NCBI GenBank assembly: GCA_002315385.1
Contig: DCHZ01000025.1
Location: 23,287-47,286 of the forward strand
Direction: 5' to 3'
From: Firmicutes bacterium UBA1739
Lineage (GTDB): Bacteria > Bacillota > Clostridia > Peptostreptococcales > Anaerovoracaceae
DNA length: 24,000 bases
Shown: piece by piece, positions 9,095-16,537 of the stretch
Numbering within the stretch: position 1 is the first letter of the stretch
Layout of the letters: every line of letters begins with the position of its first letter
Program-made: the position numbers and the translations under genes
The notes under the pieces: generated by a model
What the model was told of the DNA's origin: nothing
The model's input: the letters and a program-made list of their open reading frames with translations, nothing else
Database searches by the model: none

Positions 9095-9274
9095 CTATTC
9101 GGCCGGCTGCCATTTGCATCTTACAGGCGAAACAATCTTTTCTTCCTTTTTTAGTTCTTTAAAAGCCTTGTCAATTTCCTTTCTGTCGATTCCTGTCATT
9201 TTTTCCACTTCTCCGGCACTGATGGGCTTTCCGGCTTCTTTCATAGCAGCGATTACAGCATCTTTAACTTCCAT
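9095..9274 (-). CDS. small winged-helix DNA-binding protein (59 aa), absent from the supplied ORF track
   Basis: Reverse translation gives MEVKDAVIAAMKEAGKPISAGEVEKMTGIDRKEIDKAFKELKKEEKIVSPVRCKWQPAE, with an AGGAG RBS 7 nt upstream. The helix-turn-helix-wing layout is typical of small MarR-like wHTH proteins. The plus-strand ORF 9114-9302 is its low-complexity shadow. Confidence 0.7.
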   Translation of the reverse strand: MEVKDAVIAAMKEAGKPISAGEVEKMTGIDRKEIDKAFKELKKEEKIVSPVRCKWQPAE

Positions 9275-9475
9275 GGTATATCTCCTTTCGATTTTGAAAT
9301 AATAATTTTGTTTATGAAATCATTATATATGTAAATCGAGTAATAATGCAATAAATAATTGAAACGTCCGGTAAAAACCATTGACTTTAATGAGTTTTTA
9401 TGGAAAAATCGATATTAAAGAGTATCCCGGAGTTTCGTATCTTTAAGCCGGGGATTCAATAATCAGGAGGACAGC

Positions 9476-9676
9476 ATGATATACATTAACGATATGAAAA
9501 GACCGTTTCACGATGGAATGACTATTTCAGATGCTTTCAGGGAGAATAACATTAAAATCCGACCGGGATTTCTGGTTTTTGTAAATGATGAAGAAATTGA
9601 TTTTTCGGAGTATGATTCATTTGAACTTCATGACGAAGATGACATCCAGCAGATGTTTCCTTTCCTTGTTGAATAG
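9476..9676 (+). CDS. ThiS/MoaD-like beta-grasp small protein lacking the C-terminal Gly-Gly
   Basis: 66 aa with an AGGAGG RBS. The layout MIYIN......GMTISD........V.VNDEEI..SEYDSFEL.DEDDIQ runs parallel to ThiS, but the protein ends ...FPFLVE instead of ...VGG. Confidence 0.5.
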   Translation: MIYINDMKRPFHDGMTISDAFRENNIKIRPGFLVFVNDEEIDFSEYDSFELHDEDDIQQMFPFLVE

Positions 9677-9695
9677 TGTGAAAGAAACAGTTAAT

Positions 9696-9723
9696 AAGGG
9701 CGTCCTGAGGGCAGGGCGCCTTT
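9696..9723. terminator. bidirectional terminator between convergent genes
   Basis: AAGGGCGTCCTG (9696-9707) - AGGG - CAGGGCGCCTTT (9712-9723). 12-bp stem including two G-U pairs. Confidence 0.65.
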
Positions 9724-9726
9724 GCT

Positions 9727-9963
9727 TTAATATACAATCACCAGAATAACATCCTCGCCGATTACTTTTACATCCTTCCACTTGATTTCCTTCTCCTCAT
9801 ATCCTGTCAGAATTCCCATGAGACCGCTTTTCTGAACCGGAATTATCAAAGAATATATCCGGGATTTTTCTATATTTATGTTAATATCCGATGCAAAACC
9901 GAGACTTTTCCCGTTCGTAAGATTTATTATCTCCCTGTTTTTAATTTCCCTGCCGGTAATCAT
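9727..9963 (-). CDS. ylmC: YlmC/YmxH-family sporulation protein (PRC-barrel)
   Basis: 78 aa. REIINLTNGKSLGF..D..I......I.SLIIP... and IKWKDVKVIGEDVILV match the YlmC/YmxH pattern. GGAGGG RBS. Confidence 0.85.
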   Translation of the reverse strand: MITGREIKNREIINLTNGKSLGFASDININIEKSRIYSLIIPVQKSGLMGILTGYEEKEIKWKDVKVIGEDVILVIVY

Positions 9964-9987
9964 TTTAGCCCTCCAATAAACAGAATA

Positions 9988-10037
9988 TATCCGAATTGAA
10001 AAAAATCTTAAAAGGTGTCCGGATTATAATTCGGATA
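9988..10037. promoter_or_regulatory. 10-bp inverted repeat in the ylmC upstream region
   Basis: TATCCGAATT (9988-9997) and AATTCGGATA (10028-10037) are perfect reverse complements 30 nt apart. The right arm also sits within the local near-palindrome TCCGGATTATAATTCGGA (10019-10036). Confidence 0.3.
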
Positions 10038-10249
10038 AAGCTATCTTTAATACTTAATATATTAATATATATTACTGAAACATGTCTTTATTACAGAATA
10101 AATGAAGCGCCGGCAGTCTGAACCGGTAAACATGGAAAGAAAAGCCCCAAACAGGCAAAAATCAGATACCAAACAAAATGACTCCGGACCGAGTTTTGGC
10201 AGGGAGGGACAGAGACATTCCCGAATCAGAAAAAAACAAATATCAAATG

Positions 10250-10297
10250 AAATGTCTCCATATTTGCAAAAAATTCAAAATATGGAGACATTTTTTT
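10250..10297. terminator. perfect 16-bp hairpin, bidirectional terminator candidate (copy 1 of a repeated module)
   Basis: AAATGTCTCCATATTT (10250-10265) / AAATATGGAGACATTT (10278-10293) with a 12-nt loop. TTTT follows on the plus strand, and CATTTGATATTTGTTTTTTT follows on the minus strand. Confidence 0.55.
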
Positions 10298-10410
10298 GAT
10301 TTGAGCAGTAAATGATGCGTATGCTTTTCATCAATATTTAAAATATGGGAAAAAATAGGATAATTCAGACGCAAATTTACTTCCGAACCCACCTATTATT
10401 CACTTTTTTG

Positions 10411-10465
10411 CAAATAATGTCTCCATTTTTTTTAAAATATCAAAATGTGGAGAAATTTCTGCTGA
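10411..10465. repeat. diverged second copy of the 10243-10300 hairpin module
   Basis: CAAATAATGTCTCCAT...CAAAATGTGGAGAAATTT parallels CAAATGAAATGTCTCCAT...CAAAATATGGAGACATTT. The stem is degraded to about 6-8 bp. Confidence 0.45.
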
Positions 10466-10642
10466 GATTTAGTTTTTGACTTTATCTGACTTTAGTTGTG
10501 CCGGTTGTGCTTTTATTCAAACGAAAAACCGGTCTGAAACCGTCAAAAATTACGATGTTTCCGGCCCGACCCAATGCGTCCGGCTGTGCCGGTTCAGAGC
10601 CCGATCGCCTGTTCCGAAGAACGGATAAAGGTGTCACAAGTG

Positions 10643-11824
10643 TCAATCAGGGTCAGAACCGGTGAAACCTACAATTTCATTTACTGCTTTTGCGGCTTCA
10701 ACGGCATCTTCTTCGGTGTTAAAGTATCCGAAAGAGAATCTGACACTTCCCTCCGGATAGCTTCCTAAAGCTTTGTGGGCGGAAGGAGCACAGTGAAGAC
10801 CCACTCTGGTTTTAATTCCGTAATCAGATTCCAGGGTAGCCGAAACCGCAGCACAGTCAATCTCCGTAAAGCACAGAGAAACGACACCAAGGCAGGCACA
10901 GCCGTTATCGTGAGCAAGTATTCTCAGTCCCTTAGTTCCTTTTATTTTTGAAATAAACAGCTCCGCAAGGCAGTTTTCTTTTTCAAGTATTGCTGCGATA
11001 CCTTTTTCTTTGATAAATCTGAGACCGGCCCAAAGGCCGAAAATGCCGGGAAGATTAGGAGTGCCGGGCTCAAACCTGTCTGGCAGAAAACCGGGTATTG
11101 TTTCAAGATGTGATATACTGCCGGTTCCCCCGCTGATAAGAGGAGTTATTTCCGGGACAATTCTGTTGGACAGAATAAATCCTCCGATACCCTGAGGCCC
11201 CATAAGTCCCTTATGACCTGTGAAGCAAAGTGCATCAATATTGTCTTTTTCCATATCAATCTCATAGCTTCCACCTGTCTGAGCGGAATCCACTATGAAG
11301 AACAATCCGTGTTTTTTGCAGAATTCTCCGGTTTCGCGAAGGGGAAGAATCATTCCGGATACATTTGATGCATGAGTCATGATTACAGCTTTAGTGTTTT
11401 TTTGAATCAGAGCTTCAAGTGAAGATACGTCAAAGAATAATTCATCGTTTTCGTTGGTGTTAAGTCCGGCCATACTGAGCTTCATACCATGTTCTTCCAG
11501 CTGACGCAGAGGTCTCATTACCGCATTGTGAGGAAGAGGGCATACGATTACGTGATCCGAAGCAGTGAGTAGACCCTTCAGTACGATATTCAGACTGAGA
11601 GTGATTCCGGAAGTGAAAATGACGTTTTTCTCGTCCGAACCGTTGAAAAGCTCTTTGAGAAGAGCTCTGGTTTCAAAAACAATATCCTCGGCTTCGTAGG
11701 CACTCTGATAGCTTCCACGATTTATATTGCTTCCGATGCGGGTAATATATTCTGTCATTTTTTCCGCCACAGAAGGCGGCTTCGGAAAAGACGTTGCCGC
11801 ATTGTCAAGATAAATATCCCTCAT
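10643..11824 (-). CDS. class V aminotransferase, cysteine desulfurase / selenocysteine lyase family (EF2568 type)
   Basis: 393 aa. N-terminus [16 protein letters not shown]-lysine motif [12 protein letters not shown], and catalytic-Cys loop [11 protein letters not shown]. The start overlaps the selD stop (ATGA). Confidence 0.85.
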   Translation of the reverse strand: MRDIYLDNAATSFPKPPSVAEKMTEYITRIGSNINRGSYQSAYEAEDIVFETRALLKELFNGSDEKNVIFTSGITLSLNIVLKGLLTASDHVIVCPLPHNAVMRPLRQLEEHGMKLSMAGLNTNENDELFFDVSSLEALIQKNTKAVIMTHASNVSGMILPLRETGEFCKKHGLFFIVDSAQTGGSYEIDMEKDNIDALCFTGHKGLMGPQGIGGFILSNRIVPEITPLISGGTGSISHLETIPGFLPDRFEPGTPNLPGIFGLWAGLRFIKEKGIAAILEKENCLAELFISKIKGTKGLRILAHDNGCACLGVVSLCFTEIDCAAVSATLESDYGIKTRVGLHCAPSAHKALGSYPEGSVRFSFGYFNTEEDAVEAAKAVNEIVGFTGSDPD

Positions 11825-12852
11825 TCGACTTTCACATCCTTTCCTGAGTAATCAGTTATATAGCCAATTATTGCCGCATCAGTGTGGTGACGGAGATCAC
11901 TGAGCAGTTTCAGGGCATCCGGCTCAGAGACAGCTATCAGCAATCCTCCGGAAGTCTGAGGATCATACATAATGTCTAAAAGAGGTAGTGATACTGATGA
12001 ATAGGCCTCAGTTTCGGATTCCGCATAATCTCTGTTACGGTATGCTCCCGCAGGAATCATTCCCATTGAAGCAAATTCCAGAGCATCCCGATGAAAATTC
12101 AGACTTGCTGATGTAATATGAACAGTAACTCCGCTGCCTGCTGCCATTTCACGGCAGTGACCGATTAGCCCGAATCCTGTGATATCAGTGCAGGAATGTA
12201 CCTGGTAATTTATCATGTTATCATGAGACTTTTTATTCAGTTCTGTCATTTGAATGGTAATTCTGTCAATAAGTGATTCGGAGACAAGACCGGCTTTTGC
12301 GGCAGTGGTAATTATGCCTATACCCAAAGGTTTTGTAAGAATCAGCACATCCCCGGGCAGAGCTCCTGAGTTTGTAAGGATTTTTTTAGGATGAACAAAG
12401 CCCGTAACTGAGAGACCGTATTTGGGTTCGGTGTCGTTTATAGTATGTCCGCCGGAGATAATTGCCCCGGCTTCGTAGGTTTTTTCGTAACCACCTCTGA
12501 GTATTTCGTGAACAGTCTCCCGTGTCATTGTTTCGGTAACCGTCATTATATTCAGAGCAAGCTTAGGTTCGCCGCCCATGGCGTATACATCGCTGAGGGC
12601 ATTGGCTGCCGCAATCTGACCGAAAAGGTGAGGATCATCCACAATGGGCGGGAAAAAATCCAGTGTCTGGACCAGTGCCAGTTCATCGTTTACGATATAA
12701 ACAGAAGCATCATCGCTTTTGTCAAAGCCGACGACCAGCTTATCATCCTTTATTACGGGAAGTCCTTCGAGCAGCTGAGCCAGAGTCCCTGCCCCGACCT
12801 TTGCTCCGCATCCTGCACAGGATGAGAGCTTTGTAAGTTTAATATCCTTCAT
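11821..12852 (-). CDS. selD: selenide, water dikinase (selenophosphate synthetase), Cys-type
   Basis: 343 aa. N-terminal [15 protein letters not shown] (Cys three residues before the catalytic Lys, encoded TGC rather than TGA). DDASVY and [30 protein letters not shown] motifs. GAGGA RBS. Confidence 0.92.
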   Translation of the reverse strand: MKDIKLTKLSSCAGCGAKVGAGTLAQLLEGLPVIKDDKLVVGFDKSDDASVYIVNDELALVQTLDFFPPIVDDPHLFGQIAAANALSDVYAMGGEPKLALNIMTVTETMTRETVHEILRGGYEKTYEAGAIISGGHTINDTEPKYGLSVTGFVHPKKILTNSGALPGDVLILTKPLGIGIITTAAKAGLVSESLIDRITIQMTELNKKSHDNMINYQVHSCTDITGFGLIGHCREMAAGSGVTVHITSASLNFHRDALEFASMGMIPAGAYRNRDYAESETEAYSSVSLPLLDIMYDPQTSGGLLIAVSEPDALKLLSDLRHHTDAAIIGYITDYSGKDVKVE

Positions 12853-12893
12853 AAGTTTGTCCTCGCTATTATTTCAGCTGTTTTTTCGCCAAA

Positions 12894-12953
12894 CCGGAAT
12901 CAGCTGTTAATCACCGGAACCGGCTGTTAATCACCGGAAACGGCTGTTAATCA
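12894..12953. repeat. 3 x 20-nt head-to-tail tandem repeat spanning the DUF3343 stop codon and the spacer to selD
   Basis: CCGGAATCAGCTGTTAATCA (12894-12913), CCGGAACCGGCTGTTAATCA (12914-12933), CCGGAAACGGCTGTTAATCA (12934-12953). A looser fourth match, TCAGCTGTT, lies at 12874-12882. Confidence 0.9.
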
Positions 12954-13207
12954 ACAGAAGAATAGACAGTTTCGTATTCTGTGTTTTTGGCTGAAAAGTC
13001 GGGCTTCAGCATTACTATCTGTTCGACTTCGTCCATGTTCTGCGGAAAGATGAGACTTTCTGCTTCAAAAACAGCACAGGTTCCGCATGATGACGACAGA
13101 AAGCGGGGAACCGGCTTCAGCTGTACTTCGGTCCCCGCTTTTCTCATTTCGCTTTTCAATCTTGATGCACCGAAGTGCGAATAAAATGTAATTATATAAG
13201 TGTTCAT
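12947..13207 (-). CDS. DUF3343-family putative Se/S carrier protein
   Basis: 86 aa. YIITFYSHFGASRLKSEMRKAG...KPVPRFLSSSCGTCAVF matches the DUF3343 pattern (P.PR..S..CG). ATGA overlap with the upstream yedF-like gene. Confidence 0.75.
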   Translation of the reverse strand: MNTYIITFYSHFGASRLKSEMRKAGTEVQLKPVPRFLSSSCGTCAVFEAESLIFPQNMDEVEQIVMLKPDFSAKNTEYETVYSSVD

Positions 13208-13410
13208 TTCTTTCTTTCAAGATATATGGTGTAAGTATCCCCTTTGTTTTCACTTGAAACACTGAAGCCCTGATGATTTGCAAACCTTGAGATGTTTTCA
13301 AAGGATGTACGGTTATCAGTGACAACAGTGTAGGAATCTTCTCCGGATTCCATAGCTTTTTTTACCATAATAACAGGTTCGGGGCATGAAAGTCCACATG
13401 TATCAATCAT
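13204..13410 (-). CDS. yedF: TusA/SirA/YedF-like sulfur/selenium transfer protein
   Basis: 68 aa. DTCGLSCPEPVIMVKKAM is the CPxP active-site motif of the TusA/YedF fold. AGGAGG RBS. Confidence 0.8.
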   Translation of the reverse strand: MIDTCGLSCPEPVIMVKKAMESGEDSYTVVTDNRTSFENISRFANHQGFSVSSENKGDTYTIYLERKK

Positions 13411-13425
13411 TTTTTTCCTCCTGAA

Positions 13426-14499
13426 TTAAGCTTTACTCTTTTTGGTGTTAATTATTGCGATAATTGTAATTACGCAGAGGCCGATTATTACGCCGATTTT
13501 TCCTGCAGATGTAACGCTGTCAGCAGAAGATGCAAGACCGAAGTTGTGGCAGAAAGCCGCACCGACAAGAAGGCCGAGAACGGTAATCGCAGAATCGGAA
13601 TTTCCTTCTCCGGACAGAACCAGCTGTCTCAGAGGGCAGCCGCCCAAAAGAACGCAGCCGTATCCGACTAAAAGCATACCCATGAAATTCCAGAGACCGT
13701 CATTATGAGCAATAGGCTGTCCGGTAAAACCGGGATTAAAGTTACCTAAGCAGAGGTTGATAATAAATGCCGTTGCAAGTAAGACAAGGAAACCGATTAA
13801 AAGTCTTTTTTCTCTGAAAAGTACGAAATCACGTATTCCACCTACCATACAGAGTCTGGAAAGCTGAGCCATTCCGCCGACAGTTAAACCTGCTATGAGA
13901 GACAGTAAAACAGGTGCATGTGATGCACCGGGGCCTTCAGCAGAGAAATATATGAACGCAGGTGCCGCTATAAGTAGAATAAAAAGAGCAATCTGGACAA
14001 CCGGCATAGTTCCGCCTTCTACAGCAGTTTGTGAGTAAGCACGTTTGAGAGAGAATCCTTTTTTAAGAAATATGATTCCTATGAGTATGCCGACAATAAA
14101 GCCTGCAAGACCTACAATCGCATTGAGGTCACCGCCGGCGATTCTCAGAGTCATTCTCAGAGGACAGCCCAGAAACATCAGACAGCCCACCATAACGAAG
14201 AACGCGATAACAAATCTTGTGATGGGAGAGGAACCACCCCGGGGCTTGAATTCTTTTCTGAAAAGTGCAGTTCCGAAAGCACCGAGAACAAGACCGATAA
14301 TTTCCGGTCTTATATATTGAACTTTGGCCGCTGTGTGAAGCCCTAAAGCTCCGGCAGTATCTCTGATAAAGCAGGCTATACAGAACCCCATGTTCTTAGG
14401 ATTTCCGTATTTAACAAGAATCGCACCGAACAGACCTGCAAGGATTCCGCAGACAGCAATAATCAGGTACTCTTTTTTTGATGACTGTAACTCATTCAT
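13426..14499 (-). CDS. yedE: YedE/YeeE-family membrane protein (putative selenium/thiosulfate-type importer)
   Basis: 357 aa, polytopic. Conserved Cys-bearing half-helices GFCIACF, FLGCPLR and LGGCPLRQL are typical of YedE/YeeE. GAGGTG RBS. Confidence 0.85.
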   Translation of the reverse strand: MNELQSSKKEYLIIAVCGILAGLFGAILVKYGNPKNMGFCIACFIRDTAGALGLHTAAKVQYIRPEIIGLVLGAFGTALFRKEFKPRGGSSPITRFVIAFFVMVGCLMFLGCPLRMTLRIAGGDLNAIVGLAGFIVGILIGIIFLKKGFSLKRAYSQTAVEGGTMPVVQIALFILLIAAPAFIYFSAEGPGASHAPVLLSLIAGLTVGGMAQLSRLCMVGGIRDFVLFREKRLLIGFLVLLATAFIINLCLGNFNPGFTGQPIAHNDGLWNFMGMLLVGYGCVLLGGCPLRQLVLSGEGNSDSAITVLGLLVGAAFCHNFGLASSADSVTSAGKIGVIIGLCVITIIAIINTKKSKA

Positions 14500-14537
14500 T
14501 TTTTCACCTCGAATAAATATGATTTTTCAGGTCCCGT

Positions 14538-14558
14538 ATAGTAATAGACTATTACTAT
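14538..14558. promoter_or_regulatory. perfect 10+10 bp palindrome in the yedE leader (operator or leader-hairpin candidate)
   Basis: ATAGTAATAG-A-CTATTACTAT, 39-59 nt upstream of the yedE ATG. It contains a dyad T-N11-A (T14542...A14554), as expected for LysR-type sites. Confidence 0.5.
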
Positions 14559-14829
14559 CCCAAAACCGGTATATGAAAATTATAAACTATTATAATGCAA
14601 AAATGAAATTGATTTATTTGATAAATAGATATATCATATAGGAAGAAGTTATAAATACCATGTTATTCTGAAATACCCGGCAGTATGATTGGGAAGCATC
14701 CCGGCGGATGTGACAACTTAATCAAAGCCCGGAAATCCCGTATGAATTATACACAGTTTCAATTAGTGTGGATGCAGGATCAGAAAAGAAAGCGTAAGAT
14801 GATAAAAAAACAAAAAAACGAGTAACAGG

Positions 14830-15504
14830 GTGAAGGGTATGAAGAAAAGGCTTTATAATAAACTTGGAATAAAAAAAGGTCTGACCTCGATTATCGGCTC
14901 AGGAGGAAAGACAACGCTGATAAAAAAACTTGCCGGTGAAATGAAAAAAGACGGATTCAGCGTTATTATCACAACAACGACGAAAATTTTCGTCCCTGAT
15001 TTCTGTCCCCTGGTCTGCAATCCGTCGGAAAACCGCGAAATGATTGACAGACTTATTGAGGAAAACGGAATTGTCGCTGTGGGAAGGCCCGTACTGACAC
15101 AATCCGGAGCGGTAAAACTGGGAAAATGCGAAACAGAATTTGAGGAGCTTGTAAAAGCTGCGGATTTTGTCCTGGTAGAAGCAGACGGGTCAAAGCATAT
15201 GCCGCTGAAGGCTCATGCGGAATATGAGCCGGTAATCCCGGACTGCACAAATCGGATAATACAGGTTGCGGATATTGCCGGAATCGGGAAAACTGCAGTT
15301 GAGGCAGTCCACAGATTCGAGATTTTTATAAGCATCACAGGCTCCGGTGCCGATGAAATCGTTACCGGGGAGGCTGTTGCCGAAGTGATTAATCAGGAAA
15401 AACTCGCCGATGTACTGTATATCAGTGGAATCAATGAAGAGAATCGCAAATTAGCGGAAAAACTGTCGAAACTGATAAATATTCCGGCGGTTATGGAGGA
15501 ATGA
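14830..15504 (+). CDS. yqeC: YqeC-family selenium-dependent molybdenum hydroxylase accessory protein
   Basis: P-loop-like IIGSGGKTTL, then VIITTTTKI and VLVEADGSKHMPLKAHAEYEPVIP, as in YqeC. The start is either the GTG at 14830 or the in-frame ATG at 14839. Confidence 0.8.
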   Translation: MKGMKKRLYNKLGIKKGLTSIIGSGGKTTLIKKLAGEMKKDGFSVIITTTTKIFVPDFCPLVCNPSENREMIDRLIEENGIVAVGRPVLTQSGAVKLGKCETEFEELVKAADFVLVEADGSKHMPLKAHAEYEPVIPDCTNRIIQVADIAGIGKTAVEAVHRFEIFISITGSGADEIVTGEAVAEVINQEKLADVLYISGINEENRKLAEKLSKLINIPAVMEE

Positions 15505-15506
15505 TA

Positions 15507-16409
15507 ATGGATTTCAGGCAAATTGAAACTTTTGCGGCGGTGGTGGAGCAAAAAAGCTTTTCCGCTGCTGCGGAAGCGTTACATGTGAGTCAGCCAACGG
15601 TGAGCAGTCATATAAAAGCTCTGGAGGCTGAGGTGGGCAGAGAGCTTATCACAAGAACAACCAAGCATTTTTACGTTACGCAGGACGGTTACCGTTTTTA
15701 CGAATATGCCGCAAATCTGCTGAAGCTCAGAAGAAGAGCTCTTTATGATATGACAAACAACAGTACGACAGTTATTCATATCAGTGCTTCAACAATACCG
15801 TCTGCTTATATTCTTCCGGGTATCATTTCAGAATTTAAAGCTGTACGGCCGGATGTGACTGTAAGCGTAATACAGTCAGACAGCGGAAAGGCAGTGGAAA
15901 GACTGATGGAGGGAAATGCCGATCTGGGAGTGGTGGGTTCCACCGGATACTCCGAAAATATTTATTTCAGCGAAATTATGAAAGACCGGCTTGTGGTATG
16001 TGCTCCGCCGGAAAAGTATTATAAAGAACTTAAAGCGGCGGGAACGGATTTAAGAACATTGCTGAAAGAGCCGATAATATTAAGAGAAAAAAGCTCCGGA
16101 ACCAAGAAGGAGGCCGAAAACATTCTGAAAAGAATGGAAATATCAGAGAATGATCTTAATATAGCGGCTTATATGAACGATATGGAAGCAATAAAAAAAT
16201 GCATTGCCGGCGGGCTGGGAATTTCAATTGTTTCATTTCTGTCTGTAGCGAAAGAGGCGGAAAGAGGCGAAGTGGTTGTTATGGAGCCTCCGGAATTATC
16301 CGGAGGCAGAAGCTTTTACATAGCTTTAAGAAAAGACTATGTTGTACCGGCAGCAGTGGAAGAGTTTATTGCGTATTTAAGAAAAAGTGTGGGCAGAAAC
16401 TGCCGGTGA
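15507..16409 (+). CDS. LysR-family transcriptional regulator (selenium-metabolism-associated by context)
   Basis: N-terminal wHTH FRQIETFAAVVEQKSFSAAAEALHVSQPTVSSHIKALE, followed by a LysR substrate-binding domain. GGAGGA RBS 6 nt before the ATG at 15507; the track start at 15501 overlaps the yqeC stop. Confidence 0.85.
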   Translation: MDFRQIETFAAVVEQKSFSAAAEALHVSQPTVSSHIKALEAEVGRELITRTTKHFYVTQDGYRFYEYAANLLKLRRRALYDMTNNSTTVIHISASTIPSAYILPGIISEFKAVRPDVTVSVIQSDSGKAVERLMEGNADLGVVGSTGYSENIYFSEIMKDRLVVCAPPEKYYKELKAAGTDLRTLLKEPIILREKSSGTKKEAENILKRMEISENDLNIAAYMNDMEAIKKCIAGGLGISIVSFLSVAKEAERGEVVVMEPPELSGGRSFYIALRKDYVVPAAVEEFIAYLRKSVGRNCR

Positions 16410-16537
16410 AATCAGTGCGGTAACCGGATGTACGAAAAGCAGAACCGTAAATACAAATGCAGGTGCAGCCGGTAAATATATCGGAATTTAATGCGGATAA
16501 ATGTTAAAAGTAGTTATTAAAAGCCGGGAGGAAAAAC

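Noticed and set aside
9114-9302. 62-aa plus-strand ORF from the track
   Set aside because: Its Ser/Phe/Leu-rich low-complexity translation is the antisense shadow of the well-formed 59-aa wHTH gene on the minus strand, which has an RBS and a terminator.
10102-10299. 65-aa plus-strand ORF (MKRRQSEPVNMERKAPNRQK...)
   Set aside because: It has no Shine-Dalgarno sequence, its composition is highly basic and low-complexity, and it terminates inside the 16-bp hairpin. It is treated as non-coding sequence within the intergenic tract.
10109-10555. Flanking direct repeats CCGGCAGTCTGAACCGGTAAA (near 10111) and CCGGTCTGAAACCGTCAAAA (near 10529) as target-site duplications of an inserted element
   Set aside because: The similarity is only approximate and needs indels. 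There are no terminal inverted repeats and no transposase, so this is too weak to call a mobile element.
12894-12953. CRISPR array
   Set aside because: The 20-nt units are directly contiguous with no spacers, there are only three of them, and there are no cas genes. This is a tandem repeat, not a CRISPR array.
10643-14499. Selenoprotein genes or in-frame TGA recoding and SECIS elements in the selenium operon
   Set aside because: All five ORFs are uninterrupted, SelD uses TGC at the catalytic position, and no split ORF pair separated by an in-frame TGA was seen.
14560-14829. Moco or other riboswitch in the long yedE/yqeC divergent region
   Set aside because: Only short CCGG...CCGG and GGGA...TCCC pairings are visible. 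Nothing resembles the Moco motif as I remember it, and there is no evidence beyond the length of the region.
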